Positions 16,870 through 27,000 of a stretch of 43,426 nucleotides of DNA are shown here, piece after piece (position 1 is the stretch's first letter; each line of letters starts with the position of its first letter). Origin of the DNA: a virus. Position numbers and translations under genes: made by a program. Below the pieces are notes generated by a model that saw only the letters and a list, made by a program, of their open reading frames with translations, was not told the origin of the DNA and searched no databases. Location: positions 1 through 43,426 of the IMG/VR virus record IMGVR_UViG_3300029623_000016; one strand, written 5' to 3'.

Positions 16870-17592
16870 ATGGCTACATATAAAAAGTTCGACCCGTCAA
16901 AAGAATGTATAAGCTTGTTGCTTAAAGGTGTTAGCGGTACTGGAAAGACAACCGTTGCCGCGCAGTTTCCTAAACCTTGTCTTATCGAGTTTGATAAGAA
17001 TGTTTCTTGTCTAAGGAAACTCCCCGCCGAGGTGGTAGATGAAGTCAAGATATTTGACCCGCTTACTTACCCCGACGGAAAACCTGTTGAACCGACCAAG
17101 GTTTGGGATTATTTCATAAAGAACTTAGTGGAGATTGCGAAAGACCCAGAAGTTAAAACGATAGTTATAGATACGTTGACGACTGCACTTAGCGCACTAT
17201 CTAATTCTATTCTTGGAACTTCAAGTCCAAAAGAACAGTTTAAGATACAGGACTGGGGAACTTTTGGACGTTATCTCGCTTGGCTTGGTGATAATCTTAT
17301 CCAAGTTAAAGGTAAAGATAAACACATAGTTGTTGTCTGCCACGAGAATACCGAAATAGATAAAGATGGTAATTTTCATGGTTGGACGTTGGCTATCGGT
17401 GGTCAGATGAGACGCAACTTTGAATTGTATTTTTCAGACGTTTGGCAATGTACTGTTTCACAAACAGGAGAGTATCTAATAAATACAAAACCGAACAAGT
17501 GGGTGACTGCGAAATGTTCTCTTGACATTCCGAAGAACCCGTTTCCCTTTAACGAGTATAAAGATTTGATTATGAAACAGTTAGCTGACTAA
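16870..17592 (+). CDS. Sak4-like RecA-fold ATPase (AAA_24 family)
   Basis: Walker A GVSGTGKTT and Walker B IVVVCHEN. Size and context (next to SSB-like and exonuclease genes) are typical of phage Sak4. Confidence 0.65.
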   Translation: MATYKKFDPSKECISLLLKGVSGTGKTTVAAQFPKPCLIEFDKNVSCLRKLPAEVVDEVKIFDPLTYPDGKPVEPTKVWDYFIKNLVEIAKDPEVKTIVIDTLTTALSALSNSILGTSSPKEQFKIQDWGTFGRYLAWLGDNLIQVKGKDKHIVVVCHENTEIDKDGNFHGWTLAIGGQMRRNFELYFSDVWQCTVSQTGEYLINTKPNKWVTAKCSLDIPKNPFPFNEYKDLIMKQLAD

Positions 17593-17595
17593 CTG

Positions 17596-17618
17596 ACATT
17601 ATCAATGATTTATATTGT
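17596..17618. promoter_or_regulatory. Copy 3 of the AT palindrome (variant ACATTATCAATGATTTATATTGT)
   Basis: Read directly, 3 nt after the 17592 stop. Confidence 0.5.
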
Positions 17619-17658
17619 TAAAAAAGAAAAACAAAAATAAACAAAAGGAAAAAATAAT

Positions 17659-18102
17659 ATGGATATAACTACAAAAGACTATGATGATATAAAAGAAATT
17701 CTACTTGAAAAAGGACAATACGTCTTCGTAGAACTTCATTGTGAAGTCAAGCAGAACAAAGACAATACCGGAAACAACCTGATTATCGAAGCTAAGTTTA
17801 TAGGCAACCCGCCGCTTACGACGACTTCGGGCGGGGAAGTCAACTATGACGGAAGGACGCTTCGTCAGTATGTTTCTCTTGTTAGAAAGGACAATTACGA
17901 CCCCGACATTCAAGTTAAACGTATTGCGCAGGCTTGCAACTATGCCGGTCATGGTAGAATACAGCTGTCCGATATAGATGGTAAATTCTGCAAGATTAAG
18001 ATTGGTATCAATCCCGCCACCGATAAGTACGCTGAGTCTAATTCGATTGCAGGTTACTTCCCGATTAAAGAGGAGGACAATTTTGTACCTCCTGCGTTCT
18101 AA
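17659..18102 (+). CDS. Possible single-stranded DNA-binding protein (147 aa)
   Basis: Position next to Sak4. C-terminal acidic-hydrophobic tail KEEDNFVPPAF resembles SSB and T7 gp2.5 tails. OB fold not verified. Confidence 0.35.
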   Translation: MDITTKDYDDIKEILLEKGQYVFVELHCEVKQNKDNTGNNLIIEAKFIGNPPLTTTSGGEVNYDGRTLRQYVSLVRKDNYDPDIQVKRIAQACNYAGHGRIQLSDIDGKFCKIKIGINPATDKYAESNSIAGYFPIKEEDNFVPPAF

Positions 18103-18125
18103 AATAAAAATCCAAAATTAAGGAT

Positions 18126-18176
18126 TTCCCCGCTCCACCTTTCTTTGCCTTTCTAGGTGGGCGGGGTTTTCTTTTA
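18126..18176 (+). terminator. Rho-independent terminator: CCCCGCTCCACC...GGTGGGCGGGG hairpin followed by TTTTCTTTT
   Basis: Read directly. Confidence 0.65.
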
Positions 18177-18185
18177 TAAGTAGAT

Positions 18186-19574
18186 ATGAATAAAATAAAT
18201 ATAGATTCCGTAAAGGTCATCGACCGTCTTAGAGAAACTGACGAACAAGCTGTTAATGAACTTGTTGAGTCAATTAAAGAAATCGGGTTGATTAACCCTA
18301 TAACGATTGACTCAAATAATCAGCTACTTGCTGGTGCTCACAGACTCGAAGCTTATAAGAGGCTTGTCAAGGCGGGGAATCTTGAATACCAAGAAATCCC
18401 ATGTATAAATATCGAAGATGGAAAGTCATTGACAGAATCCGACAAGATTATTATGGAGATTGCCGAGAACGTAAATCGTTCCGATATGAGTTGGCAATCG
18501 CAGGTGATTGGTATTTATAAAGTTCATACGATTCAGAGGCGGGAAAGCTCTTGGACGCAGGCTATGACCGCTAAGCTATTTAATGTAAGCCAAGCATATG
18601 TAAGCTCGGCAACGCGTCTTGGAAAGATGCTTGATAATGACAAAGAGCACAGCTCCCCGCTGTGGAATATTCCTACAATAGTAGACGCAATTCAATTTCT
18701 AGTTAGAGAAAAGAAGGGAGCGGCTCTTGCAAGAATGAAAACCTTTGCTTCCCGCAACAAACAAGCGACCCCGCCGAAAAGCGAGGGCGGGAAAGTCAAC
18801 GTCTCAGCAGACAAATCCGAGCTTCCACCAACCACCTCCCAGCCGCGCGTAAGCGCGAGCAGCTTCGAACCTCTCTTCCGCGTTGGTGATTGTATTGAAC
18901 TAATGAAATCTTCCGATGAAAAGTTTGACCACATCATAACCGACCCGCCTTATGGTATTGAGATGGACAATTTTTATAATCAAGATTCTATTCAGTCAGT
19001 TAAAGACGAACATCAGGTAGATGATAACCTTAGGTTAATAAAAGAGTTTATATTTACTTCTCGTAAAGTAATAAAAGAGTCTGGTTTTTTGTGCATGTTT
19101 TATGATATAGCACATCACGAGAAGATACAAAGGTGGGCAGACGAAGCAGGTTATATACCGTGTAGATGGCCTTTTGTGTGGTGCAAAAATTCTCCGTGTT
19201 CGAATGGTGCGGCGGCACAGAATATCACGAAGTCTACGGAGCTGTGCGGATTGTTTCGTGCCAGTCCGAAAGCGGTACTTGCTAAGAAGCGAGCGGTGAA
19301 CTGGTTGGTTTGCCCCGCCTCCCGAGCTTGGTCGCACCCGTTTGCGAAACCCTTCGGGGTCTGGAAGTGGCTGGCGGAGACCGTGAGTTTTGAGGGGCAG
19401 AGGGTGCTTGACCCGTTTGCGGGCGGGGGAAGCTGCGTGTTGGCGATGGAGAAGTTGGGACGAAATCCCACCGGCTTTGAGTTGAAAGAGGAACACGTTA
19501 TTCTAGGTTGTAAAGATATGGCAACTAACTATTACGGCGAAGCCTATAAGAAGGAGATGGGCGGTGGAGATTAG
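18186..19574 (+). CDS. ParB-like nuclease domain fused to a beta-class DNA methyltransferase (N6A or N4C)
   Basis: N-terminal ParB/Srx-like region (LLAGAHRLEAY), motif IV DPPY (HIITDPPYG) followed by motif I FAGGGS (VLDPFAGGGSC), the beta-class order. Confidence 0.8.
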   Translation: MNKINIDSVKVIDRLRETDEQAVNELVESIKEIGLINPITIDSNNQLLAGAHRLEAYKRLVKAGNLEYQEIPCINIEDGKSLTESDKIIMEIAENVNRSDMSWQSQVIGIYKVHTIQRRESSWTQAMTAKLFNVSQAYVSSATRLGKMLDNDKEHSSPLWNIPTIVDAIQFLVREKKGAALARMKTFASRNKQATPPKSEGGKVNVSADKSELPPTTSQPRVSASSFEPLFRVGDCIELMKSSDEKFDHIITDPPYGIEMDNFYNQDSIQSVKDEHQVDDNLRLIKEFIFTSRKVIKESGFLCMFYDIAHHEKIQRWADEAGYIPCRWPFVWCKNSPCSNGAAAQNITKSTELCGLFRASPKAVLAKKRAVNWLVCPASRAWSHPFAKPFGVWKWLAETVSFEGQRVLDPFAGGGSCVLAMEKLGRNPTGFELKEEHVILGCKDMATNYYGEAYKKEMGGGD

Positions 19575-19605
19575 CGACCTATTAACTTTAATCCCGTGAT
19601 TATAT

Positions 19606-19628
19606 TTTTATCAATCATTTATATTGTA
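19606..19628. promoter_or_regulatory. Copy 4 of the AT palindrome (degenerate left arm), 6 nt upstream of the 19634 start
   Basis: ttatcaatcatttatattgt. Confidence 0.45.
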
Positions 19629-19633
19629 AGCAG

Positions 19634-19903
19634 ATGATTGTAAGAGTAAGAGATAGACGAAAAGAAAACAATACTATTGAGCTTATGTTAATTCAGCCCA
19701 ATAATAGCTATTTTTTCGTCTATTCTTGTTTGCAAAAACAAATCACTACTGCGTATAAAATACGTAAGGAGTCTTATAATAGTATATATGGAAAGAAGGA
19801 ACGTAAAGTTCTTGACATGATAGAACTTTGCGACATAGACTCAGAGACCCACATAGAAGCGATGAGGTCGATATTTAAATATCTTAATAGCACAAAAAAA
19901 TGA
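19634..19903 (+). CDS. Hypothetical protein (89 aa)
   Basis: ORF. Confidence 0.4.
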   Translation: MIVRVRDRRKENNTIELMLIQPNNSYFFVYSCLQKQITTAYKIRKESYNSIYGKKERKVLDMIELCDIDSETHIEAMRSIFKYLNSTKK

Positions 19904-22260
19904 AAATAGCAGTTATAGTAGACCATAAAGATAAAGCCACCGATAGAGCAGAAATAGAAGGAAGCTATGCTTGGCAGTTGCAAAAATGGTTAAAGAACGC
20001 AGGGATTTCCACTGCGCGTGTTCTTAGACTTGGAGATAACCTTTTTGATGAACAGATATTTAACTCTAAGATAGATGACCAATTAAAAGAATATAACCCA
20101 GACTTTATTATAGGTCTTGGTAAAATGTCTTTGATATATCTTAGGGGGCGGGAAGTTCTTGAATTTGATAAAAATGGTAATGCAAAAGTATCTTTGGACG
20201 ATGAGCGGGGAATGCCTTTTATAAATTGCAAAACAGGTTGCCCCGCCCTCTGTACATATACTCCTAGATATATTTTTGCACAATATGCATTGAACATAAT
20301 AGTCGAACAAGACTTCTTGAAGGCGGCTCGGCTTGCTAAGACTGGGTGGAAACCTCCGGTCTATAATATAAATTATATTCCAACTTTTGAAGAAGCAAGA
20401 ACTGAACTTCTAAGAATGTACGAACGTAAGTTAGAAGTTGCTTGCGATATAGAAACTTGTGGAAAAGGAATGGTTACTTGTATCGGTTTTGCTTGGAGCG
20501 AGGCTGATGCTATGACAATTCCATTTGTTCCGTATAACTATAATGGAACATATCGCAGATATAGTGAGATAGAGACTTATCAGCTGTGGTCACTAATTAA
20601 AAAAGTTCTTGAAGAGAACCGAATTATAGGTCAGAACTTTTGTCATTTTGACCATAATATTCTATTTACAAGATATGGTATAAAATCAAACCTCGTCGAA
20701 GATACGATGTTAGGTTTCTGGGAATTACACCCATCGTTCGATAAAAACCTCGGATTTCTTTCTAGTCTACTTACTGACAATGAATATTGGAAAGGAATGC
20801 TTAAAGAAAGTAGAAGCGGGAAAGTTCCACGTTGGTACGAATTTAAGTATAACTGCTTAGACTGTCTTGTAGATTATCAAGTTTATAAGAGGATACAAGA
20901 AGAGCTTGAGGGCAAGCCGACCCTTGATAATCATTATAGATTTAATCTAAGAGTAAGCCGTGCTTATCAATATATGTCTATTCAAGGTGTTAGGATAGAT
21001 AAAGATAAGCACAATGAAATGCTGAAAGAATATCGTAAGAAAGTTAGCGAGACACAGGAATTGCTTAATGAGTTGGCGGGGAAGGAAATAAACGTCCGTA
21101 GCTCTAAGCAAATGAAAGAATGGCTTTATGGTGAATTAAAACTTCCAGTTCAAACGAAGGCGGTTAAGGATAAGTTTAATCAGAGGGAAAGCAGAGAAAC
21201 TGCTGATGCTCTTAGCGTCTACAAACTTGCTGGTCAATATCCGGAATACCCCGCCCTCACTGTTGCGTCCAGTTTAAGGAAACATCTTAAAAAGCTAAGT
21301 GACCTTGAAGCTCTTGAATATGATGATAAGGGAATTTGCCGGTTTAATTTTAATGTAGTTGGAACGAAGGTGGGGCGGTCTAGTGGTTCTAAACCTCTTT
21401 ATGACAAAGGTGTCCAACCTCAAAATGTTGATAAAGCTTTTAGAACTTTGTTTCTCCCGCCCGAAGGTATGCTATGGTTTAAAGCTGACCTTGAAGGTGC
21501 TGACTCCGTAACTATGGGTGCTTGTATGCAGGCTCTTGGAGACAGTCGTCTTATGGACGATATTCGTCATGGTATTAAACCTGCACAGACAGTTGCGCTT
21601 GAACTACTAACCGGTAAGCCATATACGTCTTTTAGTCAAGAACAGATACTTAAAGATAAGCATCTTCTTAAAACACCAGAAGGTAAGAAAGAGTATAAAG
21701 TTGCGAAAGCAGTTAATCACGGTTCTGCTTATAAACTTGGATTTGCTGGAATGAGTGATAATATGCTCCGCCTTAGCGAAGGTGAACTTTATGTAAGTCC
21801 AGAGGATTGTAAAAGGGTTCAGCAAAAATTATTTAGCAGATATAACTATCCTATATACCACGTTGCTATGGAGAGAAAAATGCGTAGCGACCCGTTCCTT
21901 GTAGCTGCTAATGGACAAGAACGGAGATTTTATGGTAGACAAGATAACACAATGTTAAGAGAAATGTGTTCTTATTTACCACAGGTACATACTGCTTATG
22001 TCACGAATAAAAATATAGAAAGATATTACTATGATAAAGAAGCAAGGCGGGACGGTTATCTTATACTTAAACTTTGTAATCAAGTACATGATGAACTTTG
22101 TGGATTTGTATACGAAGATGATGCGGAGAAGTTAGCAGAGCTATATAAAAGATTTTGGGCGGTTCCACTTACTATTTGGGGTGTCACTTTTACGATAGAA
22201 TTTGAAGGACAACTTGGGCCGAGTTGGGGTGAACAAACAATAACGTTAGATTTATACTAA
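19900..22260 (+). CDS. Family A DNA polymerase with 3'-5' exonuclease domain and an unassigned ~170-aa N-terminal extension
   Basis: Exo motifs DIETCG and HFDHNILF. Pol motifs DLEGADS (A), KAVNHGSAYKLG (B) and VHDEL (C). Confidence 0.85.
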   Translation: MKIAVIVDHKDKATDRAEIEGSYAWQLQKWLKNAGISTARVLRLGDNLFDEQIFNSKIDDQLKEYNPDFIIGLGKMSLIYLRGREVLEFDKNGNAKVSLDDERGMPFINCKTGCPALCTYTPRYIFAQYALNIIVEQDFLKAARLAKTGWKPPVYNINYIPTFEEARTELLRMYERKLEVACDIETCGKGMVTCIGFAWSEADAMTIPFVPYNYNGTYRRYSEIETYQLWSLIKKVLEENRIIGQNFCHFDHNILFTRYGIKSNLVEDTMLGFWELHPSFDKNLGFLSSLLTDNEYWKGMLKESRSGKVPRWYEFKYNCLDCLVDYQVYKRIQEELEGKPTLDNHYRFNLRVSRAYQYMSIQGVRIDKDKHNEMLKEYRKKVSETQELLNELAGKEINVRSSKQMKEWLYGELKLPVQTKAVKDKFNQRESRETADALSVYKLAGQYPEYPALTVASSLRKHLKKLSDLEALEYDDKGICRFNFNVVGTKVGRSSGSKPLYDKGVQPQNVDKAFRTLFLPPEGMLWFKADLEGADSVTMGACMQALGDSRLMDDIRHGIKPAQTVALELLTGKPYTSFSQEQILKDKHLLKTPEGKKEYKVAKAVNHGSAYKLGFAGMSDNMLRLSEGELYVSPEDCKRVQQKLFSRYNYPIYHVAMERKMRSDPFLVAANGQERRFYGRQDNTMLREMCSYLPQVHTAYVTNKNIERYYYDKEARRDGYLILKLCNQVHDELCGFVYEDDAEKLAELYKRFWAVPLTIWGVTFTIEFEGQLGPSWGEQTITLDLY

Positions 22261-22261
22261 T

Positions 22262-22609
22262 ATGATTACAAAACATGATACAGTTTATATAGCCGGACCG
22301 ATGACCGGTAAACCTAATTATAACTTTCAAGCTTTTAACGAGGCTGAAAGTTATCTTAGTAATACATACGCATGTAGGGTATGTAATCCTGCTAGCTTTG
22401 GTGCTCTTATACTTAGACATGTAGGTCGTACTGAAACAGTATACGAGCTTGCCATAGATATAACTATGCAAGCTTTAGAGCTATGTACAAAAATGTATCT
22501 TCTTAACGGCTGGGAAGAAAGTAGGGGTGCAATTCGTGAAGTTGATTATGCAATTAAAAATAGTATTCAAATTATTAAGCAAGACTGCGATTTTAATGAG
22601 TGTGGCTAA
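22262..22609 (+). CDS. DUF4406 / nucleoside 2-deoxyribosyltransferase-like protein
   Basis: N-terminal VYIAGPMTGKPNYNFQAFNEAE is characteristic of the DUF4406/NDT-like family. Confidence 0.55.
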   Translation: MITKHDTVYIAGPMTGKPNYNFQAFNEAESYLSNTYACRVCNPASFGALILRHVGRTETVYELAIDITMQALELCTKMYLLNGWEESRGAIREVDYAIKNSIQIIKQDCDFNECG

Positions 22610-22709
22610 TAATAATATTTAATCATTCGTTTGAGAAATCGCTTTTGAAAGGCAAGGCATATATTATCATAGGCGAAAATCGGGGCTTTTAGGCGGGAAA
22701 ATCGGGAAA

Positions 22710-24065
22710 ATGAAGAATCTTTTTGAGAGCTATAATAGATATACAGAGGAGACAGAGCCACCTACAAATTATCATGTTTGGACGTTAATATCATGTCTAA
22801 GTGCTTGCTTAGGCAGACGTTGTTTTGTTCCTCAGGGAACATTTACAATCTATCCTAACTTATATATTGTCTTAGTTGGTGCACCTGGAATGAAAAAGTC
22901 CAGTGCTATGAATATAGGAAAAAGTTTACTTAGATGTATTCCAGATTTCCCGCTTAGCCCCGCTTCACTTACAAGAGAAGCTTTGTTACAGAGTTTAGAG
23001 AATAATGTAATTAAGTTTAACTTCGCTGGTGTTCCCGCCGAATATCACCAGATAAGTTGTTTCGTCACAGAGTTTCAGGAGTTTCTGGGCGGGAAGCATA
23101 GAAATAGTTCTATGATAGATATATTAACTGCTATATGGGACGAACCGACCTACGAATATTTAACGAAGAATAGCAAGCCGATTAGAATTGATGCACCATA
23201 TGTAAGCTTACTTGCTTGCTGTACAACAGAGTGGTTGAATGAAAAGATTGACAGTAGTATCATAAGTGATGGTCTTGCTCGTCGTATCATATTTATATAC
23301 GAAGAAGAACGTAATAAATTTGTACCGTTTCCCCGCCTAACAGAACAACAGATAGCTGAGTACGATTTTATTAAAAAAGAGTTTATGAGACTACAAAAGA
23401 TAAGTGGGCGGTTTGACTTTACGGAAGATGCAATAACTCTATGGGAAAAACTTTATGTTGAAATTCAAGAGGAAGCTTTAAAGCAACCTGAATTTTTACA
23501 ATATTATTATACAACAAAACATGTACTTATGATTAAAGTTGCTATGTGTTTAAGCGCGGTCTTGCGTAGTGATATGAAAATAGACGCGGCTTTAATTCAA
23601 TTAGTACATAAGATGTTTGAAGCTTTCGAGGAAAACTTACCGTCTTTGTTTAGAAATGTAGGTCGCAATAAATTAAAACCTTACACCGAAAAGATATTTG
23701 ATATAGTTGCAAAAAACCCGCAAGGGATTTCGCGCGGGGATATTATAAACAAAATGTCAAGTGATGTATCATTAGATGAACTCACAGAGTCGCTTGATGT
23801 ACTTATGATTGGTAAGAGAATTGAACTTGTAGACGCGGCTCGTTCGATTTTCAGACCGCTAGAAAAAATAAAAAAGGCTCGTAAGGTTAATCTTTTTGAA
23901 TTGATTAAACAGTACGAGCCATCAACACCGATAGGTAATCTAGTTAATCGTCAGATTATAGATGACCTTAGTAATGTATTAACAAGTAATCAAATAAGCA
24001 TAAAGCAAGAAAACGATAGGAGAAGAGCAGACTTTGATGAAAAAGGTTTTATAACCTTAACTTAA
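22710..24065 (+). CDS. Primase-associated P-loop ATPase/helicase (DUF3987-like) with a C-terminal winged-helix-like region
   Basis: Walker A VLVGAPGMKKSSA and Walker B-like IIFIYEEE. Size and architecture typical of phage/plasmid DUF3987 proteins. Confidence 0.55.
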   Translation: MKNLFESYNRYTEETEPPTNYHVWTLISCLSACLGRRCFVPQGTFTIYPNLYIVLVGAPGMKKSSAMNIGKSLLRCIPDFPLSPASLTREALLQSLENNVIKFNFAGVPAEYHQISCFVTEFQEFLGGKHRNSSMIDILTAIWDEPTYEYLTKNSKPIRIDAPYVSLLACCTTEWLNEKIDSSIISDGLARRIIFIYEEERNKFVPFPRLTEQQIAEYDFIKKEFMRLQKISGRFDFTEDAITLWEKLYVEIQEEALKQPEFLQYYYTTKHVLMIKVAMCLSAVLRSDMKIDAALIQLVHKMFEAFEENLPSLFRNVGRNKLKPYTEKIFDIVAKNPQGISRGDIINKMSSDVSLDELTESLDVLMIGKRIELVDAARSIFRPLEKIKKARKVNLFELIKQYEPSTPIGNLVNRQIIDDLSNVLTSNQISIKQENDRRRADFDEKGFITLT

Positions 24066-27000
24066 TCATTAAGTTTACTTGCCCACTGTTTTATAAGTAT
24101 TATATCGTTTTGATTCTTGGTCGGCTTAACAAGTATATTAGCTAAGGGCGGGGGCATTCCCCTGTCAATTAAGAGCTTAGCATTTACTTGTTGAGCCGTT
24201 ATATTTTGTAGAAGTCTACCCGCCGATATTATATCACCTGACTTAGCCGCAAGACGAGCCGCTTGAATAGTCACTTCGACGGGAGATTCATACTCGGGAT
24301 TTAAACCGTAAGATTCGTAAATCTTATTTATGTCTTGTATTGATTGTAAGTTTGGATTACGATATTTACGACCAAGTCTATCAAGATAAGTTCTAGCAGT
24401 ATTGCGCCAAATAGCATTAGCTTCCTCTGTGGTATTCATGGTGATAACCCCGCTTCTAAGTCCATCTTCAATGTATTTACGAAGTTCGGCGGGGTCATTT
24501 AGATAGAACTGTGCATTATCTAAATATGCTGACCGTTCTTTTTGTTTTTGTTGTTGGGCGGCGTAAGCAAAGTAATTAGACGACTCACGTTCAAGCTGGG
24601 AAATCGGGCGACCACCCACGGCAACACCGAGAGCCTCTCCCGCGCTCCCGATACTACCAGGCCGCAGTGCCGCTATCCCGCGCGGGGAAATCATCTGCCC
24701 GCTTCCTAAGACATTCATAAAACTCCGGAGAGCGTTCACACTCGTCGGCGACACCGCCCGCTCGAACATGTCGAGGTTCCCCTCAGCCAAAGCCTTACCA
24801 CCTTTCGCAAACTCCGCGGCAAGTTGCACGGGTGCACCACCTATGTTTTCAGCCAAAGACTTATTCGGGTCATATGGTAATAGATTTGTCATAGCAACAT
24901 TACCTTGATACACACCAGCTAAGGCGGGGAGACCGTATATAAGATAAGTTGATATTTTATCTGCTATTTCGTTAGCACCATCGCTTTGACTGCCATCAAG
25001 CATGTCTATAAGATTAGCAATGTGCCTTGCACTCTCACGAGTATTCTTGATAGTAAACCGTTTAATAACGTCTTTTTGGTCATCTCTATCAAGAACGCTT
25101 GCTACTGTATTTGCTAGTTGATTGAATATATCTATAAATGGTAGCGAGCTTGCCCCGCCTAATAGCCCGTAAGCAAGGAATGTTTTAGCCAATGCAAAGC
25201 GGCTATTCTTTAAAGCGGCAGAAGCATTACGTGAAGTTATCCCTGCTACATTTTCCAATCCAACAAGACGTCTTGTCTGTTTAGATAGCAGAGACAGCAT
25301 GTTTAAATTGAAAGTGCGTAGCACCAAGCTTAGCAAAGCCGTATTATGTACAGCTTGACCAGTTTTAGTACTACGGTCAAAAACATGGTAGAAACCTGAT
25401 CTATAAGCTTCCCCACCTACGAAGTTAACTGCGTTAGAAAAATCTACTGCTTTACGATATACAGAATCAAGGTCTTGTTTTGAACGTTTTGCAAGCGGAT
25501 AGATTCTATCTTCTGACTCTAATATAGAAGCGAAAGATAGCATACGGTTTGTATTTTCGCTTACGGATACGGGTACGCCAATCATCTGTACGATTTTATC
25601 AAGCGTTGATAATGTCCGATTATATAGTGATGCACGGTCTTCGTTGAATATATCCGATATATTTCGGCGGGAATTAGCACCACTTATTTCATCGGTGACT
25701 GTCGTATTAAATACGTTGTCTTTTTCTGCTTGACGCATCAAACGATTTTTAATCGTGTTCTTAACTTTATCAGATGTAGTATATTCATTAACAGCAGCTG
25801 CGGCTTTCGTGAGCGACCTGAAAAAGTCTGCACTAGAACGTCCGGTAAAGTCCTTCCAACGCACAAAACCAAGAGTAGGAACTTGTAGCAAATTCTGAAA
25901 TAAGAAACGTGGGGAAGCCGCAATATAAAATAGAGTTGAAAAACTTCTGAGCGGTGCCCATTCAGTCGAACTAGACTGCATAACGTAGTTATGCTTAGAA
26001 TCGAGAGCTTTACTTATATCAGGATTATTTACAATAGAAGCGTCATTTCGTGCTATATCATAAGCATTATTACTACGCCGGTAAGAGTTAACTCTTGACA
26101 TTAGCTCTATATATTCAAGAAGGTTTTTAGCGTAGTCTGCTGAGTCTATACCACTTATATTACGGCTTTCTATCTTAGTTCGCGCGGAGATGTCCATATC
26201 ACGAATGTTAGCAAGAATACGACTAGTTTCTTCGTCGATAGTAGCACGAGCCGTATCAAAAAGATTGTTTATGAAAGTAGCATCTTCTGGTGATACAGAC
26301 TCATTTGAAAGACGCTCTTGAAGAATAGCACGTTTCTCTTGCATTTCACGAAGCATATCACGAAGTGCAAAGTCTTTGAGCCTAGCGTTATATCCTTCTA
26401 CTTTTGTAGTGTCGTAAACTTTAAAATTACGATAATCAGTAGGATTCTGCTTAGCAGTTTTTTCAAGTGAAGCTAGTTCCTCTTCGTTCTTAACACCCCG
26501 CGCCATAGGTTCACCATTGGCGTCAGTCCATGCTACAAAATATTTACCCCGCCTTATGGCAGGAGAATAACCACGAACTGCATTCTTAGTGAAGAAACTT
26601 ATATTGTTTTCGAGCGCAGATATTACACCATTAGCTACAACCTTAGCATTACCTATTGCTTGCGGAGTAGTAGCATAGGCGGGGTCGTATAGCATGCTAG
26701 CTAATTCTCTTGCGGCGTTGTCTGAGACTATGTCTTTATATTGGGTATTTCCGTCAGGGCTACCACGTTTTATTTGCTCATTGTAAGTTAGACTACGAGA
26801 ATATTTATCTACATAGCTTTTTGCCGCATTAAAAGCATTGTTGCTTCTGCTGTATTTTGCATTACGAGAACTTAGATAGGTAGCTAATTTTGAAGCTATT
26901 GTTTCATTTGTAGTGTTAAAAGTGTCGGTAGCAACGCGGACGGGTTCTTCAAGAAGATTCTTTGAGAACATAGCCTGCTCTCTTGTCATACCATAGTTAT

